Positions 19,246-29,619 of a stretch of DNA of 64,000 bases are shown here, piece after piece (positions within the stretch are counted from its first letter, which is position 1; every line of letters begins with the position of its first letter). The notes beneath the pieces were generated by a model. That model saw nothing but the letters and a program-made list of their open reading frames with translations. It did no database searches and had not been told where the DNA came from. The position numbers were made by a program, and so were the translations under genes. Source of the DNA: an uncultured Eubacteriales bacterium (GTDB lineage Bacteria; Acidobacteriota; Aminicenantia; Aminicenantales; Aminicenantaceae); contig CAZPBN010000008.1 in the NCBI GenBank assembly GCA_964584935.1, positions 38,962-102,961 of the forward strand. Reading direction: 5' to 3'.

Positions 19246-20781
19246 TTAAAGAAACGAACGGATTATTATTTTCTTTATTCTGCCTTCGATTTTGTAATCA
19301 AGAATTTTGTTCTCTTCAAGCCATTCCATAAGAGCTCTATTCAAAGGACAATGAGTGTCTTTTATCTTTTTAAGAGGAAAACCGAAATATTTATCCTCTG
19401 CGTGACCAGCTAAATAGTTATTGCTGGCCGCGGAATAGACTTTTTCGGGCAAAAGGACTTCTCCTTCTTTTACAAGAACTTCTCCATTGACTTCTATATA
19501 TTTGATCCGATCCCCGTATGGTTTCTTGTTTTTTGGATAATATCGATATTTCAACCCTGAAATCTGAAGTCTATCCCAGCCCCGTTCAATATCAAACTCC
19601 AGCAAATCTTTTATCTGCTGTCCGGTCAATTCAAACAAGACTATCATATTGTGAAAAGGAGAGACATTGAAAACATCTGATTTTTTTATGGGGCCGACTC
19701 TTATAATGGATCTTATTCCCCCTGAGTTGTGGAGTCCTATCTGGGCTCCTGTTTTCCAGCGCATCACATCCGTTATCCAGTTTCCCAATTCACTTTCCAC
19801 TGAATTTCCTAATCCCCTCAAGGTGGATTTGGCTTCACCTATAACTTTCTCGTATTCCAGGCCAATTTTTTCATCGACCTCTTTGACCAGGCGGCTCACC
19901 TGAGGATGTGGTTTCATATCCACATCAGCCCATAACCAAATCAATTTCTCTTCATGACTGATGATTTTATCGTTCTTCACATCGACTTTGAGATATCCCA
20001 GTGTTCTTTGATGCCCAAAAGTGGACTGAACGAGGACTCCGTTTATATTATCGAACTTCCCGTCTTCAGATGCCACTAACACAATATCAATTCCCGGAAC
20101 TTTTTTGGCAATTTTGATTCCCTTTTCATACCAGCCATGAAGCACCACAATGATTAAATCTGTCTTTTTATCAATATCCGGAACATATGAGTTGAGGGTG
20201 GGAATCACAGGCAAGACATCCAGACCGATGATCTTTTCTTTCTGAACTTCAAGAAGAAAATGTTCCTCCATCATTGCAATAATTCCAACTTTCAAGCCTC
20301 CAATAGGAAATATGGCATAAGGATTGACAGGGAAGAGTTTTTTGTCTTTTTTGTAGATGATGTTGGCAAGGAGAGTAGGAAATTCAGCAATGTTCGCAAG
20401 TCCTAATGCGTTTTCCTGGCCTCTGTCAAAATCGTGATTTCCAAGGCACCACACATCATAAGCCATTCTATTCAAAAACTCGATCATGGCTCCACCAATA
20501 ACCCCTTTGTACCTTATCTCTGTCGCCTGAGTTCCGGTCATAACATCTCCTTTGTCAATAACCAGAACATTTTCCTCTGTTTTTCTTATAGAGTTCAGAT
20601 AATGACTGGTTGCCTGCATTCCTCCAACCAGTCTTTCTTTCTCATCTATCTTGATTTTAAATGATTTGTAATTGCCATGGGTATCGTTAGAATGAACAAT
20701 ACAAATGGACTCAGCCCCTGCATTAACAAATAGATTAAAAAAAAGTATAAAAAAAAGGTATCGGCGAAAAATCAATATCAT
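19246..20781 (-). CDS. 5'-nucleotidase / UDP-sugar hydrolase family metallophosphoesterase
   Basis: HSNDTHG, DKGD, LGNHDFD, NSGGIR and LQISG motifs; signal peptide. Confidence 0.92.
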   Translation of the reverse strand: MILIFRRYLFFILFFNLFVNAGAESICIVHSNDTHGNYKSFKIKIDEKERLVGGMQATSHYLNSIRKTEENVLVIDKGDVMTGTQATEIRYKGVIGGAMIEFLNRMAYDVWCLGNHDFDRGQENALGLANIAEFPTLLANIIYKKDKKLFPVNPYAIFPIGGLKVGIIAMMEEHFLLEVQKEKIIGLDVLPVIPTLNSYVPDIDKKTDLIIVVLHGWYEKGIKIAKKVPGIDIVLVASEDGKFDNINGVLVQSTFGHQRTLGYLKVDVKNDKIISHEEKLIWLWADVDMKPHPQVSRLVKEVDEKIGLEYEKVIGEAKSTLRGLGNSVESELGNWITDVMRWKTGAQIGLHNSGGIRSIIRVGPIKKSDVFNVSPFHNMIVLFELTGQQIKDLLEFDIERGWDRLQISGLKYRYYPKNKKPYGDRIKYIEVNGEVLVKEGEVLLPEKVYSAASNNYLAGHAEDKYFGFPLKKIKDTHCPLNRALMEWLEENKILDYKIEGRIKKIIIRSFL

Positions 20782-20803
20782 CTTGTTGTTTTCCTATTCT
20801 TTC

Positions 20804-21259
20804 CTAGTCTTCACCTTTTTCATAACCCAAGGAAGTGTAATAGATGGCTCGGTCAAAAAAATACAGAACTCTATTATTGAGTTCCAGAGCTTGGTACAGA
20901 TCCAAAGCTGTATCCAAAAATCCTTCACTTCGCACTTTATACCAGAGATGTCGTCTTGTGATAATCAACGCCTGTATCACTTCAGAAAGTGAAAAACCTT
21001 CCTTTCGGCGTTGGACTCCCAGAGTCATATAATGTTCCGCGATTTCTTCTTTTGCCGTTTCAAAAGATATCCATTTTCCTAATTGGCTATAGACATTGAA
21101 CGCACGACTGTAAATTTCATCTTCATCATATGTATGAAAGGTGGGTGTGCACCCATGTGACCGTAGTTCTATTAGACAATTCCTTGTTAACTCATCGGCA
21201 TTCTGCTCAATGAGTTCCACAAGTTTTAGGGAAACATGAGTTGCCATTCCCTTTTTCAT
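20804..21259 (-). CDS. stand-alone RsbRD_N/HisK-N-like (non-heme globin-like) domain protein
   Basis: AGGAG RBS before ATG 21259. LGVQRRKEGFSLSEVIQAL...FFDRAIYY..GYE is typical of this helical family. Confidence 0.55.
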   Translation of the reverse strand: MKKGMATHVSLKLVELIEQNADELTRNCLIELRSHGCTPTFHTYDEDEIYSRAFNVYSQLGKWISFETAKEEIAEHYMTLGVQRRKEGFSLSEVIQALIITRRHLWYKVRSEGFLDTALDLYQALELNNRVLYFFDRAIYYTSLGYEKGED

Positions 21260-21579
21260 TTCAATTTCTCCTTCTGGCATTTTTATACCATAGGAAAATG
21301 TTAAGGTCAAAAAGTTTTGATTTAAAAGTAGATCCCGTTTCCCAAACGGGCTGCATGGCATGATCCCCGCATCGAACCGTACATGTCATTGCTTGCCTTG
21401 TCCCTTTTTAGTAGTCTTAGTAGTAAATAAATTCCGTAGGCAGGGTCAGACCTACGGTACTAACTCTAAACAAATAAGATAGCCCTTTGTTTTCCTGGAA
21501 ATATGGACTTAATTGAGACATTGAACCTTCCAAAACGTCTTATTAAGAGTTTAAGCCTCTAAAAATAAAGGGGTTTATC

Positions 21580-21656
<77 letters not shown>

Positions 21657-22007
21657 ACTAGGTTGAATATGGCTATTTTTTCCTAGAATCTATTATTAGA
21701 TTCTAGAATCGATTCACGATTACTATATCGCAATAAAAAATATTTTTCAATTCTATTAAAAAATGATATGGATGAACGATGATTAAACTGAGGAGCATGT
21801 TAGTTATAAACAACACTATTAGGCTCAGTGGTCTCACTTATATTTATAAAGATGTTATCCATAAAGAATATTTTTATATTAGAACAATCTTTATGGCCCC
21901 TTGTTTTAAGAATTTTATTCTTAAAGTCAATTTTGGGGGGCAAAAATAAGCTTTAAGGAATCTCTAAGGAGATAGCAATAAAGCTTTCTCTAATTATATC
22001 AACACAT

Positions 22008-22027
22008 AAGTCAGCCAAGGCTGATTT
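22008..22027 (-). terminator. possible hairpin terminator after the M1 peptidase gene
   Basis: AAGTCAGC-CAAG-GCTGATTT stem-loop 15 nt past the stop codon; weak U tract. Confidence 0.35.
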
Positions 22028-22042
22028 ATGATTTACATGTTA

Positions 22043-24391
22043 CTACTTTTTCTTCTTCTCCTTTTTCATCTCTCGAACTTTCTGCATCAAGTTTTTTCCT
22101 TCGCGCCGTTCAAACTTCTTCACTTTAAAGTAATCCGGTTTTTCCTGAATAGTCCATCTGTTATTGACTGTGTCCACATCTGCCGTTTCCAAATAGGGAT
22201 CGAGAGTAATATTCTGGATCTCTTTTTTATAGGCAAATACTTTCTTTACGCTGTCGTTCCTACGGTGCCATATCTGAGCAGGAATTCTCACAATCTCTTC
22301 AGAACCATCTTTAAATTCAAATCTAAGAATGATGGGCATGACCATTCCACCTTTATTTGAAAAAGTAATCTCATAATAATTATATCCTGCATTGAGAATC
22401 TTTTTTTCTTCTTCAGTGAGAGATTCTAGGTATTTTTTATACTGTTTTTCATCTTGGGGAGTGACTTTAAGAGGATCATACTTATCATAAAAATCAGTTA
22501 AGGATTTATCTTTTTCCACGGCTGTTTTTTCTATTTTCTTTTTATTTCTGATATTGGTTATATATCTATCCCTTTCAAAATTTTCCTCTTTCTGTTCTAG
22601 CCTTTTTGCCAACTTCGGCTCTCCGGTATTTATTTTATACCATTTGACATTTTCCAGGGCGATATCCACATGGTCTGTGCCAAAAAACCAACCTTTCCAA
22701 AACCAATCCAGATCAATACCCGAAGCATCTTCCATCGTCCGAAAGAAATCCGCAGGAGTGGGATGTTTGAATTTCCATCTCAGGGCGTACTCTTTGAACG
22801 CATAGTCAAACAGTTCCCTTCCCATAATCGTCTCACGCAGAATATTCAATCCCGCAGACGTTTTTGAATAAGCATTGCTTCCCAGATTGAGATCAATATC
22901 CGGCGCTGACATGATCGGGGACATATATTTTTTATCCCCTTTCATATATTCAATCATAGTGTAAGCCGGACCACTTCTTTCTGAAAACTCCCGCTCCCAT
23001 TCCTGCTCTGCCAGATATTCCACAAATGTATTCAAGCCTTCATCCATCCATGCCCACTGACGTTCATCCGAATTGACTATCATAGGAAAGAAGTTGTGTC
23101 CGAATTCATGGATAACCACACCAATGAGGCTGTATTTCAACCGCTCGGAATAAGTCCCATCAGGCTCAGTCTTGCCTCCGTTGAAAGCAATCATGGGATA
23201 CTCCATTCCGCCCCCTCTTCCTGCTAATATGGATATGGCTTTGGGATAGGGATAGTCAAAGGTGAATTTTGAATAGACTTTAATGGCGTGGGCTAGGGCT
23301 TTTGTCGAATACTTCTCCCACAGGGGATTTCCTTCCTTGGTGTAATAAGACATAGCCATAACAGTCCGATCTCCAAATTTGACTGCCATGGCATCCCATA
23401 TGAATTTCCTGGAGGTGGCAAAAGCAAAATCTCTTACCTTCTCGGCTTCAAAAATCCAGGTTTTCTTTTCATCCGACCGTTTTTTCTCATTCTTGACAGC
23501 CTCTTTTTCAGTGACAATCATAACCGTATGGTCTACGGCATTTTGTGCTTTTTTAATCCGGGACTGCTGGGTCGAAGTTAAAACATCATCCAAATTTTTT
23601 AAAGTGCCCGTGGCTCCAATAATATGGTCTGCAGGAGCTGTGATACTCACTCTGTAGTTCCCAAAAGGGAGAGCGAACTCCCCACTCCCAATATATTGCT
23701 TATGCTGCCATCCTTCTGTTTCATTGTAAACAGCCATCCTCGGAAAAAACTGGGCAATAGCAAAAACACTGTTTCCATCTTTTTCGTAATAATCAAATCC
23801 TGACCTGCCCCGGACTTTCGATTTATCATTTAAATTGTACCCCCACTTAATTTTAAATGAATATTGTGAGTCAGGTTTCAAGACGTTAGGAAGATCCACC
23901 CTCATCATCGTATTCACTATCTTATAAGGCAAATCCTTGTCTTGGTCATCCTTGACATACTCGATTTTAAATCCTCCATCAAAATCCATATGGAGTCTCT
24001 TGAGATACATGAAATACATCGGATCGGAAATTCTTCCTGAGCTTATTTTTCCTGCCAATGAATCTTCAGCACGGATGTTTTGATCCAGTTGAAGCCATAA
24101 ATAATAAAGAGGAACAGGAGAATTATTGAAATAGGTGACTGTTTCTGTCCCGTATATACGCTTTTCTTCTTCATCCAGTTCAATCGATATATCATAATCA
24201 GCTCTCTGCTGCCAGTACTCAGGCCCCGGCGCTCCGGATGCTGTCCTGTACTGATTGGGGGTCGGAAGTTCCTGATAAAGTTGACGGAATTGATTCTTCT
24301 GCTGATCTATATCATCTGATGATGCAGAAAGACCCATAATGGAGAAAGAAAACATAATAATCAAACATAATAAACCACTTTTTTTAAACAT
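22043..24391 (-). CDS. M1 family zinc aminopeptidase, secreted
   Basis: GGMEYP, HEFGH-x18-E (WMDEG) and NAYSK motifs. AGGAGG RBS before ATG 24391; signal peptide. Confidence 0.93.
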   Translation of the reverse strand: MFKKSGLLCLIIMFSFSIMGLSASSDDIDQQKNQFRQLYQELPTPNQYRTASGAPGPEYWQQRADYDISIELDEEEKRIYGTETVTYFNNSPVPLYYLWLQLDQNIRAEDSLAGKISSGRISDPMYFMYLKRLHMDFDGGFKIEYVKDDQDKDLPYKIVNTMMRVDLPNVLKPDSQYSFKIKWGYNLNDKSKVRGRSGFDYYEKDGNSVFAIAQFFPRMAVYNETEGWQHKQYIGSGEFALPFGNYRVSITAPADHIIGATGTLKNLDDVLTSTQQSRIKKAQNAVDHTVMIVTEKEAVKNEKKRSDEKKTWIFEAEKVRDFAFATSRKFIWDAMAVKFGDRTVMAMSYYTKEGNPLWEKYSTKALAHAIKVYSKFTFDYPYPKAISILAGRGGGMEYPMIAFNGGKTEPDGTYSERLKYSLIGVVIHEFGHNFFPMIVNSDERQWAWMDEGLNTFVEYLAEQEWEREFSERSGPAYTMIEYMKGDKKYMSPIMSAPDIDLNLGSNAYSKTSAGLNILRETIMGRELFDYAFKEYALRWKFKHPTPADFFRTMEDASGIDLDWFWKGWFFGTDHVDIALENVKWYKINTGEPKLAKRLEQKEENFERDRYITNIRNKKKIEKTAVEKDKSLTDFYDKYDPLKVTPQDEKQYKKYLESLTEEEKKILNAGYNYYEITFSNKGGMVMPIILRFEFKDGSEEIVRIPAQIWHRRNDSVKKVFAYKKEIQNITLDPYLETADVDTVNNRWTIQEKPDYFKVKKFERREGKNLMQKVREMKKEKKKK

Positions 24392-24513
24392 TGATGACCT
24401 CCTTAAATATGTCAATTAAAATTATCTTTCAAATTTAATCAAAAGAATATTATAAGATTATTCGCCCAAATATCGCAACGAAAAAATAGAGAATGCTTTA
24501 CCCAAAATATATT

Positions 24514-24543
24514 TTGACAAATTATTTCATAATTCTATATGAT
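24514..24543 (+). promoter_or_regulatory. sigma70-type promoter
   Basis: TTGACA-18 bp-TATGAT upstream of the 24569 ORF. Confidence 0.45.
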
Positions 24544-24568
24544 TTCTGATTAGGCATAGGATTGAATA

Positions 24569-26497
24569 TTGAACAAAGATACAAAGATTAAATTCGCTGC
24601 CTTTTTTTTATTCACGGTTTTAACTTTTTTACACCTCTCTCCTCTGTCTTTTCATCCTTCAAACAGACTCAATGCCATGATGGATGGATTTTTAAACACC
24701 TGGATAATCACCTGGGTTCAGTCTCACTTTTTTTCCGATCCCGTGAACCTGTTCAATGCGGATGTTTTCTATCCTCATTCTAACACTCTCAGTTTTTCCG
24801 AACATCTCTTTCCCCAGGCAATCATTTCTCTTCCCCTATACGTCATTTTTAACAATCCAATTTTAACCTATAATTTTTTATTATTGCTATCTTACATTCT
24901 CATAGCCTATTGTATGTTTCTTTTCATAAGATATCTCACCCAAAGCGATATCGCCGGTATTGCCTGTGGCATTATGTTTGCCTTCAATACATTTCATATG
25001 CACCACATCACCCATCTCCAGCTCTTAAGTTCCGGACTGATTCCGCTTGCCTTCCTTTACTTGCATAAATATTTTCAGGATCAAAAATTAAAAAATTCCA
25101 TACTTTTCTCTGTTTTTTTTACCACTCAATCACTGGCGTGCCTTTACTACGGCCTTTTTTTTATCAGCATATTATGTATAGCCATTCCTGTGTTTTTCCT
25201 AATCTATAAACAAAGACTCCATTTGAACTTCCTGTTCAAATTAGGGTTTCCCTTTATTTTATCTTCTCTAGTGCTCTTTGTCTTTTCACTTCCTTATTTG
25301 AACGTATTCAAAAAATATGGATTCAAACGTTTTATGGAAGAAGGAGCTGATGTGGCTAATTATTTGGCGACGAATCCCCATAACCGGCTTTTCAGTAGAA
25401 TTCTCACTCCTCTTGGAAAACCGGAACATTTTTTGTTTCCCGGAATGATTGCTCTGCTTCTTGCCGGATTTTTTGTTTTTAAAAAGAGGAATCTTTTTTA
25501 TTCCCCGCCAAAAGGAGTCAAACTGACCGTTCTGGTTCTTGTTTCCCTGGCTTCACTTTTCATCATCGTTGCTGTTGTCACCGGAGGACTGGAATTCCAC
25601 TGGGGTGATCAGTCTTTTTCGATCCACAACATCTCAAAACCTGCTTTGTTCATTCTGTTTGTCGGGATTCTATATATTCTGTTTCCTTTTATAAATGCCT
25701 CCGTCAAAAAAAACTTCTTATTATCAACAGAAAACAAGAATTTTTATCTATATTTATTAATTGGTTTATGGGCGTTCCTCCTTTCTCTGGGAAAATATTT
25801 TTCTGTATTGGGCGATAAAAATGCCATCTTCCCTCTCCCTTTTAAGTTTATGTATCATTTTTTCCCGGGATTCAAAGGCATCAGAGTCCCCTCAAGATAT
25901 GCTGTTTTTGTCATCTTTTGCGTGGTGGTGATGGCTGGATACGGCTTGAGTTATTTGTTAGGAAGAATCAAAAGTAAAAATTTAAAAGTTTTTATAATCA
26001 TTGCTCTCTTATTATTTTTAAATATCGAATACCTATCCATCCCTCAAAGAATGTATTCTGTTCCTGTGAAAAAGGATATTCCCCCCACTTACTTATGGCT
26101 GAAAGAAAAACCCGGGGATTTTCCAATTATAGAATTGCCTTTTCTCACTCCCATAGGAAGAGAATCAACTTATATGTATTTTTCACTATTTCATAAGAAA
26201 AAGATTGTTAACGGCTACAGTGGATTCATTCCTTCTGATACACGACATCTGCGCAAAAGATTTGACGGCTTCCCTTCACGTTCCAGTATAAAGTCATTAA
26301 AGGAATTGGATGTGAAATATGTCATCCTCCATTTGAAATCATGGAACAAGATAGAGGCACAGAAAAAAATAAAAATAATGAATGATCAATATAAGGATGA
26401 TCTCAAGCTTGTTAAAGAATTCAGATATGACTACAAAAAATTCAAACAAAAATTCCGTTTTCTAGGAAAAGACAGAGTCTATGAAGTCCTCGAATAA
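24569..26497 (+). CDS. GT-C fold / YfhO-like integral membrane glycosyltransferase
   Basis: Many TM helices; LFNADVFYPHSNTLSFSEH, PGFKGIRVPSRY, IIELP and VNGYSGF motifs. Confidence 0.75.
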   Translation: MNKDTKIKFAAFFLFTVLTFLHLSPLSFHPSNRLNAMMDGFLNTWIITWVQSHFFSDPVNLFNADVFYPHSNTLSFSEHLFPQAIISLPLYVIFNNPILTYNFLLLLSYILIAYCMFLFIRYLTQSDIAGIACGIMFAFNTFHMHHITHLQLLSSGLIPLAFLYLHKYFQDQKLKNSILFSVFFTTQSLACLYYGLFFISILCIAIPVFFLIYKQRLHLNFLFKLGFPFILSSLVLFVFSLPYLNVFKKYGFKRFMEEGADVANYLATNPHNRLFSRILTPLGKPEHFLFPGMIALLLAGFFVFKKRNLFYSPPKGVKLTVLVLVSLASLFIIVAVVTGGLEFHWGDQSFSIHNISKPALFILFVGILYILFPFINASVKKNFLLSTENKNFYLYLLIGLWAFLLSLGKYFSVLGDKNAIFPLPFKFMYHFFPGFKGIRVPSRYAVFVIFCVVVMAGYGLSYLLGRIKSKNLKVFIIIALLLFLNIEYLSIPQRMYSVPVKKDIPPTYLWLKEKPGDFPIIELPFLTPIGRESTYMYFSLFHKKKIVNGYSGFIPSDTRHLRKRFDGFPSRSSIKSLKELDVKYVILHLKSWNKIEAQKKIKIMNDQYKDDLKLVKEFRYDYKKFKQKFRFLGKDRVYEVLE

Positions 26498-26522
26498 GAG
26501 TTAAAGAAAACACCCATCCTTT

Positions 26523-26537
26523 GCTTGTTAAACAAGC
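26523..26537. terminator. hairpin between convergent genes
   Basis: GCTTGT-TAA-ACAAGC inverted repeat in the 60-bp gap between two convergent stop codons. Confidence 0.35.
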
Positions 26538-26557
26538 GGGTGATGAAGCCCTATCTT

Positions 26558-27883
26558 TCATTTATCACGATCCGGATTATGATAAAGTTTTAATTTCTTA
26601 TTCAGCCTCTCTATACGGTGGGAAAAATCCTTTTTATAAGGCAGTGATAACTCACTGGATACCACTAAGCCTTCCTCGGCAATCTTTTTGGCTTTTTCAT
26701 ATTGTTTAGCTCTGTGTTCAAAATACATCGCTAGTTCTCTGAAAGAAAAAAGATGTCTGTCCAGAATTTGTTCAGAAGAAGCAATCTCTTCCCAAATGGA
26801 CACAGCTTGTTCCCACTTCTGATTTTTTTTCAAGTAGTAAGACAATTTTTTCTTGGTTAAAAGAGACAAATGCTCTGGCAATTTTCCCTTGAGAGCCCGT
26901 TTAAAAAAATCCTCAGATTTTTTAAGGTCTCCGATTCTTTCCATCACTTTCCCGGCACCAAAAAGATCCACCGCATCCTCCAAACATTCTTCCCCCTCTT
27001 GGGATAAAATAAGAGAACCAGCAATCAGTCCACCCAGTAAAGAAAGAATATCCTCTTCATTATGGTAAATCACCGGTTCTATCAAATCAAAGTTGCCTGT
27101 GTTTAAATATTGATAATACCTCCATGGAATCTCAGCAGAAGGGATGTCCTCTTCTCTATAAGTTTTTAAAATTTCCCTTGCAAGATTACTCAATCGGCAA
27201 TTTTCAAGTTTATGAGCCCAGAGACTTCTGGCTGGAAATAAAAAATCGAGATGAGGAAGTTCATTAATAGAAAAAGGTTTTCTGTGCATAATGAATCTGT
27301 TCTCCAGTAAAGGCAAATCATAGACCTTTCCGTTATAGGTAATGACTGATTTGAAATCCATATCGAGAAAAAATTGACTTAACTCCTGAATCATCTGTTC
27401 TTCCTCTGCCGGCTCCCCCAAAAAATACATAGAGATGTGAAACTTATCTCCTCTGTAGTATCCCATTCCCACTAGAAAAGGAATGATACCCACCCCTCCT
27501 GAAAGTCCGGTTGTTTCCAGGTCGATGAAAAGGGCAGAAGAAAGATCGAGAGACTCAAATTCTTTTTCCCGGCTCAAACAGGCAAGAATTTCTCCAGATA
27601 TTTCCAGACCAGAGGAAAGGGTGATCCGTCCGTATCTCTTATCCAAAGGATAGGAATTCTCAAAATATTTGAGAGGTTCTTTATTAACTTGCTCCAACGG
27701 TTCGGTTTTGATATTTTCTTTTCTTTGACGGCCGGTTAAATTTATCAATTGATCCAGTTTTTCTTTGGTAGTCAGGTCATTTTTTTTCTCGATTTCTTCC
27801 CAAGCATTTTTTATTCTTTCTAATTTGGGACGTCTCCGCCGTTCCTGCTTTAAATATTTCAACTTGTCTTTGATATCGGTCAT
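26558..27883 (-). CDS. RNase_H_2 (YprB/MrfB-like) DEDD exonuclease with C-terminal TPRs
   Basis: FIDLETTGLSGG, TYNGKVYDLP, HLD, EDIPS and HNEED motifs, followed by TPR-like helices. Confidence 0.85.
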   Translation of the reverse strand: MTDIKDKLKYLKQERRRRPKLERIKNAWEEIEKKNDLTTKEKLDQLINLTGRQRKENIKTEPLEQVNKEPLKYFENSYPLDKRYGRITLSSGLEISGEILACLSREKEFESLDLSSALFIDLETTGLSGGVGIIPFLVGMGYYRGDKFHISMYFLGEPAEEEQMIQELSQFFLDMDFKSVITYNGKVYDLPLLENRFIMHRKPFSINELPHLDFLFPARSLWAHKLENCRLSNLAREILKTYREEDIPSAEIPWRYYQYLNTGNFDLIEPVIYHNEEDILSLLGGLIAGSLILSQEGEECLEDAVDLFGAGKVMERIGDLKKSEDFFKRALKGKLPEHLSLLTKKKLSYYLKKNQKWEQAVSIWEEIASSEQILDRHLFSFRELAMYFEHRAKQYEKAKKIAEEGLVVSSELSLPYKKDFSHRIERLNKKLKLYHNPDRDK

Positions 27884-27926
27884 AACACTTTCCGGTTTCT
27901 AATTTTCAGTTCCTGTCTCTATCTTA

Positions 27927-28346
27927 TCATTCTCCCATGAATTGAATCAATATTTTACGGGAACGGGATCTATTATCAAAATCAACAAACACAATTTGCT
28001 GCCAGGTTCCAAGATTCAAGTTTCCCTCAGAAAAAGGAACAACCAGAGAAGGTCCCAGAAGGGAAGCTCGAATATGGGAAAAGCCGTTTCCATCACCCCA
28101 ACGGGCATCATGTCCATACGTGACATCACTGGGAATAATTTTTTCCATAAGCTCAGAAAAATCTTTTTTCAATCCCGGTTCATATTCAATTGTGGTCAAA
28201 CCTCCGGTTGATCCAGGAACAAATAGGGAAACAATTCCGTTATGCATTTTGTGCTTTGACAATTTTTCAGCAACCCCAGAAGTAATATCCAGCATGTCAT
28301 TATAACCTTTTGTTGATAGACTGATCGAATCACTGATTATTTTCAT
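27927..28346 (-). CDS. YjbQ/UPF0047 family protein
   Basis: GSTGGLTTIEYEPGL, NGFSHIRASLLGPS and LGTWQQI motifs. Confidence 0.92.
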   Translation of the reverse strand: MKIISDSISLSTKGYNDMLDITSGVAEKLSKHKMHNGIVSLFVPGSTGGLTTIEYEPGLKKDFSELMEKIIPSDVTYGHDARWGDGNGFSHIRASLLGPSLVVPFSEGNLNLGTWQQIVFVDFDNRSRSRKILIQFMGE

Positions 28347-28408
28347 ATGAAATCTCCTCAATCACATTTCATTTATTCTAAGAAAGAAATGATTCTTTCA
28401 TTCTCCTA

Positions 28409-29440
28409 TCAGGGAACCGGCCATGAGAAAGGAAGAAATAATTTTTCATATAGTCCTAATATATATCGGTCAGTCATTCCTGCAATAAAATCCCCGGTTC
28501 TTCTCTCCAGACTATCCTCTTTAGGATATTCTTTGATATGATTTTCTGGATTTTTGAGAAAATATTGATAAAGGTCTTTTATTATTTTATCTGCTTTTGC
28601 CAATTCTTTTCTTGAATCCGGCTTGAAATAGACCTTATCATACAAAAAATCCCGAAGTTCGGAAAGGGCATTCCGGATATCATCACTCATTTTAATTTTA
28701 TCCAGCCTGAATTTCAGGCTTGTCCTCACCACATCCTCGACCATTTTGTCTATACGGGAGGCATGCCACTTTCCAAAAATATCGACTAAATGAGCTGGGA
28801 GATCCGCTTTTTTAATCACTCCGGCTCTAATGGCATCATCGATATCATGATTCACATAAGCGATAATATCCGAAACCCTCACCACCTGTCCTTCCAGTGT
28901 ACACGGCATATTCTGCTTTTTATCATTAAGTATTTCTCCCCTTCCTTTGGAATGCTTAAAAATTCCATCTTTGACTTCAAAGGTAAGGTTTAATCCCTTT
29001 CCTTTATATTCTAATTTTTCAATAATCCTTAAGCTTTGTTCATAGTGTTTGAATCCCCCGGGAATAACTTCATTCAGAACTTTTTCTCCAGAATGTCCGA
29101 ACGGAGTGTGACCCAGGTCATGTCCCAGACCAATCGCTTCTGTTAAATCTTCATTTAATTTCAGGGCTTTGGCTATAGTCCTGGCTATCTGGGAAACCTC
29201 AAGAGTATGAGTTAATCTTGTTCTAAAATGGTCTCCAAAAGGAGCCAGAAACACCTGAGTTTTATGCTTCAGCCTTCTAAATGATTTGCAGTGAATTATC
29301 CGGTCTCGGTCTCTCTGAAAACATGTCCTCAAATGATGAGGCTTTTCATTCTTATCTCTTCCTCGTGAATAAGAAGATAAACAGGCTTTTTTAGAAAGGG
29401 TTTTCCTTTCAATATCCTCAATTTCTTCCCGAATATTCAT
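28409..29440 (-). CDS. dgt: deoxyguanosinetriphosphate triphosphohydrolase (HD family)
   Basis: [42 protein letters not shown] and DFIAGMTD motifs. Confidence 0.93.
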   Translation of the reverse strand: MNIREEIEDIERKTLSKKACLSSYSRGRDKNEKPHHLRTCFQRDRDRIIHCKSFRRLKHKTQVFLAPFGDHFRTRLTHTLEVSQIARTIAKALKLNEDLTEAIGLGHDLGHTPFGHSGEKVLNEVIPGGFKHYEQSLRIIEKLEYKGKGLNLTFEVKDGIFKHSKGRGEILNDKKQNMPCTLEGQVVRVSDIIAYVNHDIDDAIRAGVIKKADLPAHLVDIFGKWHASRIDKMVEDVVRTSLKFRLDKIKMSDDIRNALSELRDFLYDKVYFKPDSRKELAKADKIIKDLYQYFLKNPENHIKEYPKEDSLERRTGDFIAGMTDRYILGLYEKLFLPFSWPVP

Positions 29441-29619
29441 CTGTTATTCAATCCTTATTTTTGACCATGAATCCATATTTTCTATGGCTCGTTCAAAGAT
29501 CAATCATACAGATCTGACCTCATTGTATCTTTCATCTCAAATCTAAGTTCTGACATCCTTCAATATTGATTTTTTTCTTCCATTGGATGTCTTCGTATGT
29601 TCGGTGTTCCGCTGCTGAC

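Noticed and set aside
21325-21460. GC-rich structured stretch considered as 6S or SRP RNA
   Set aside because: It lacks the SRP GGAA-loop/AGCAG motif and the long end-to-end pairing of 6S. REP or intron remnants explain it better.
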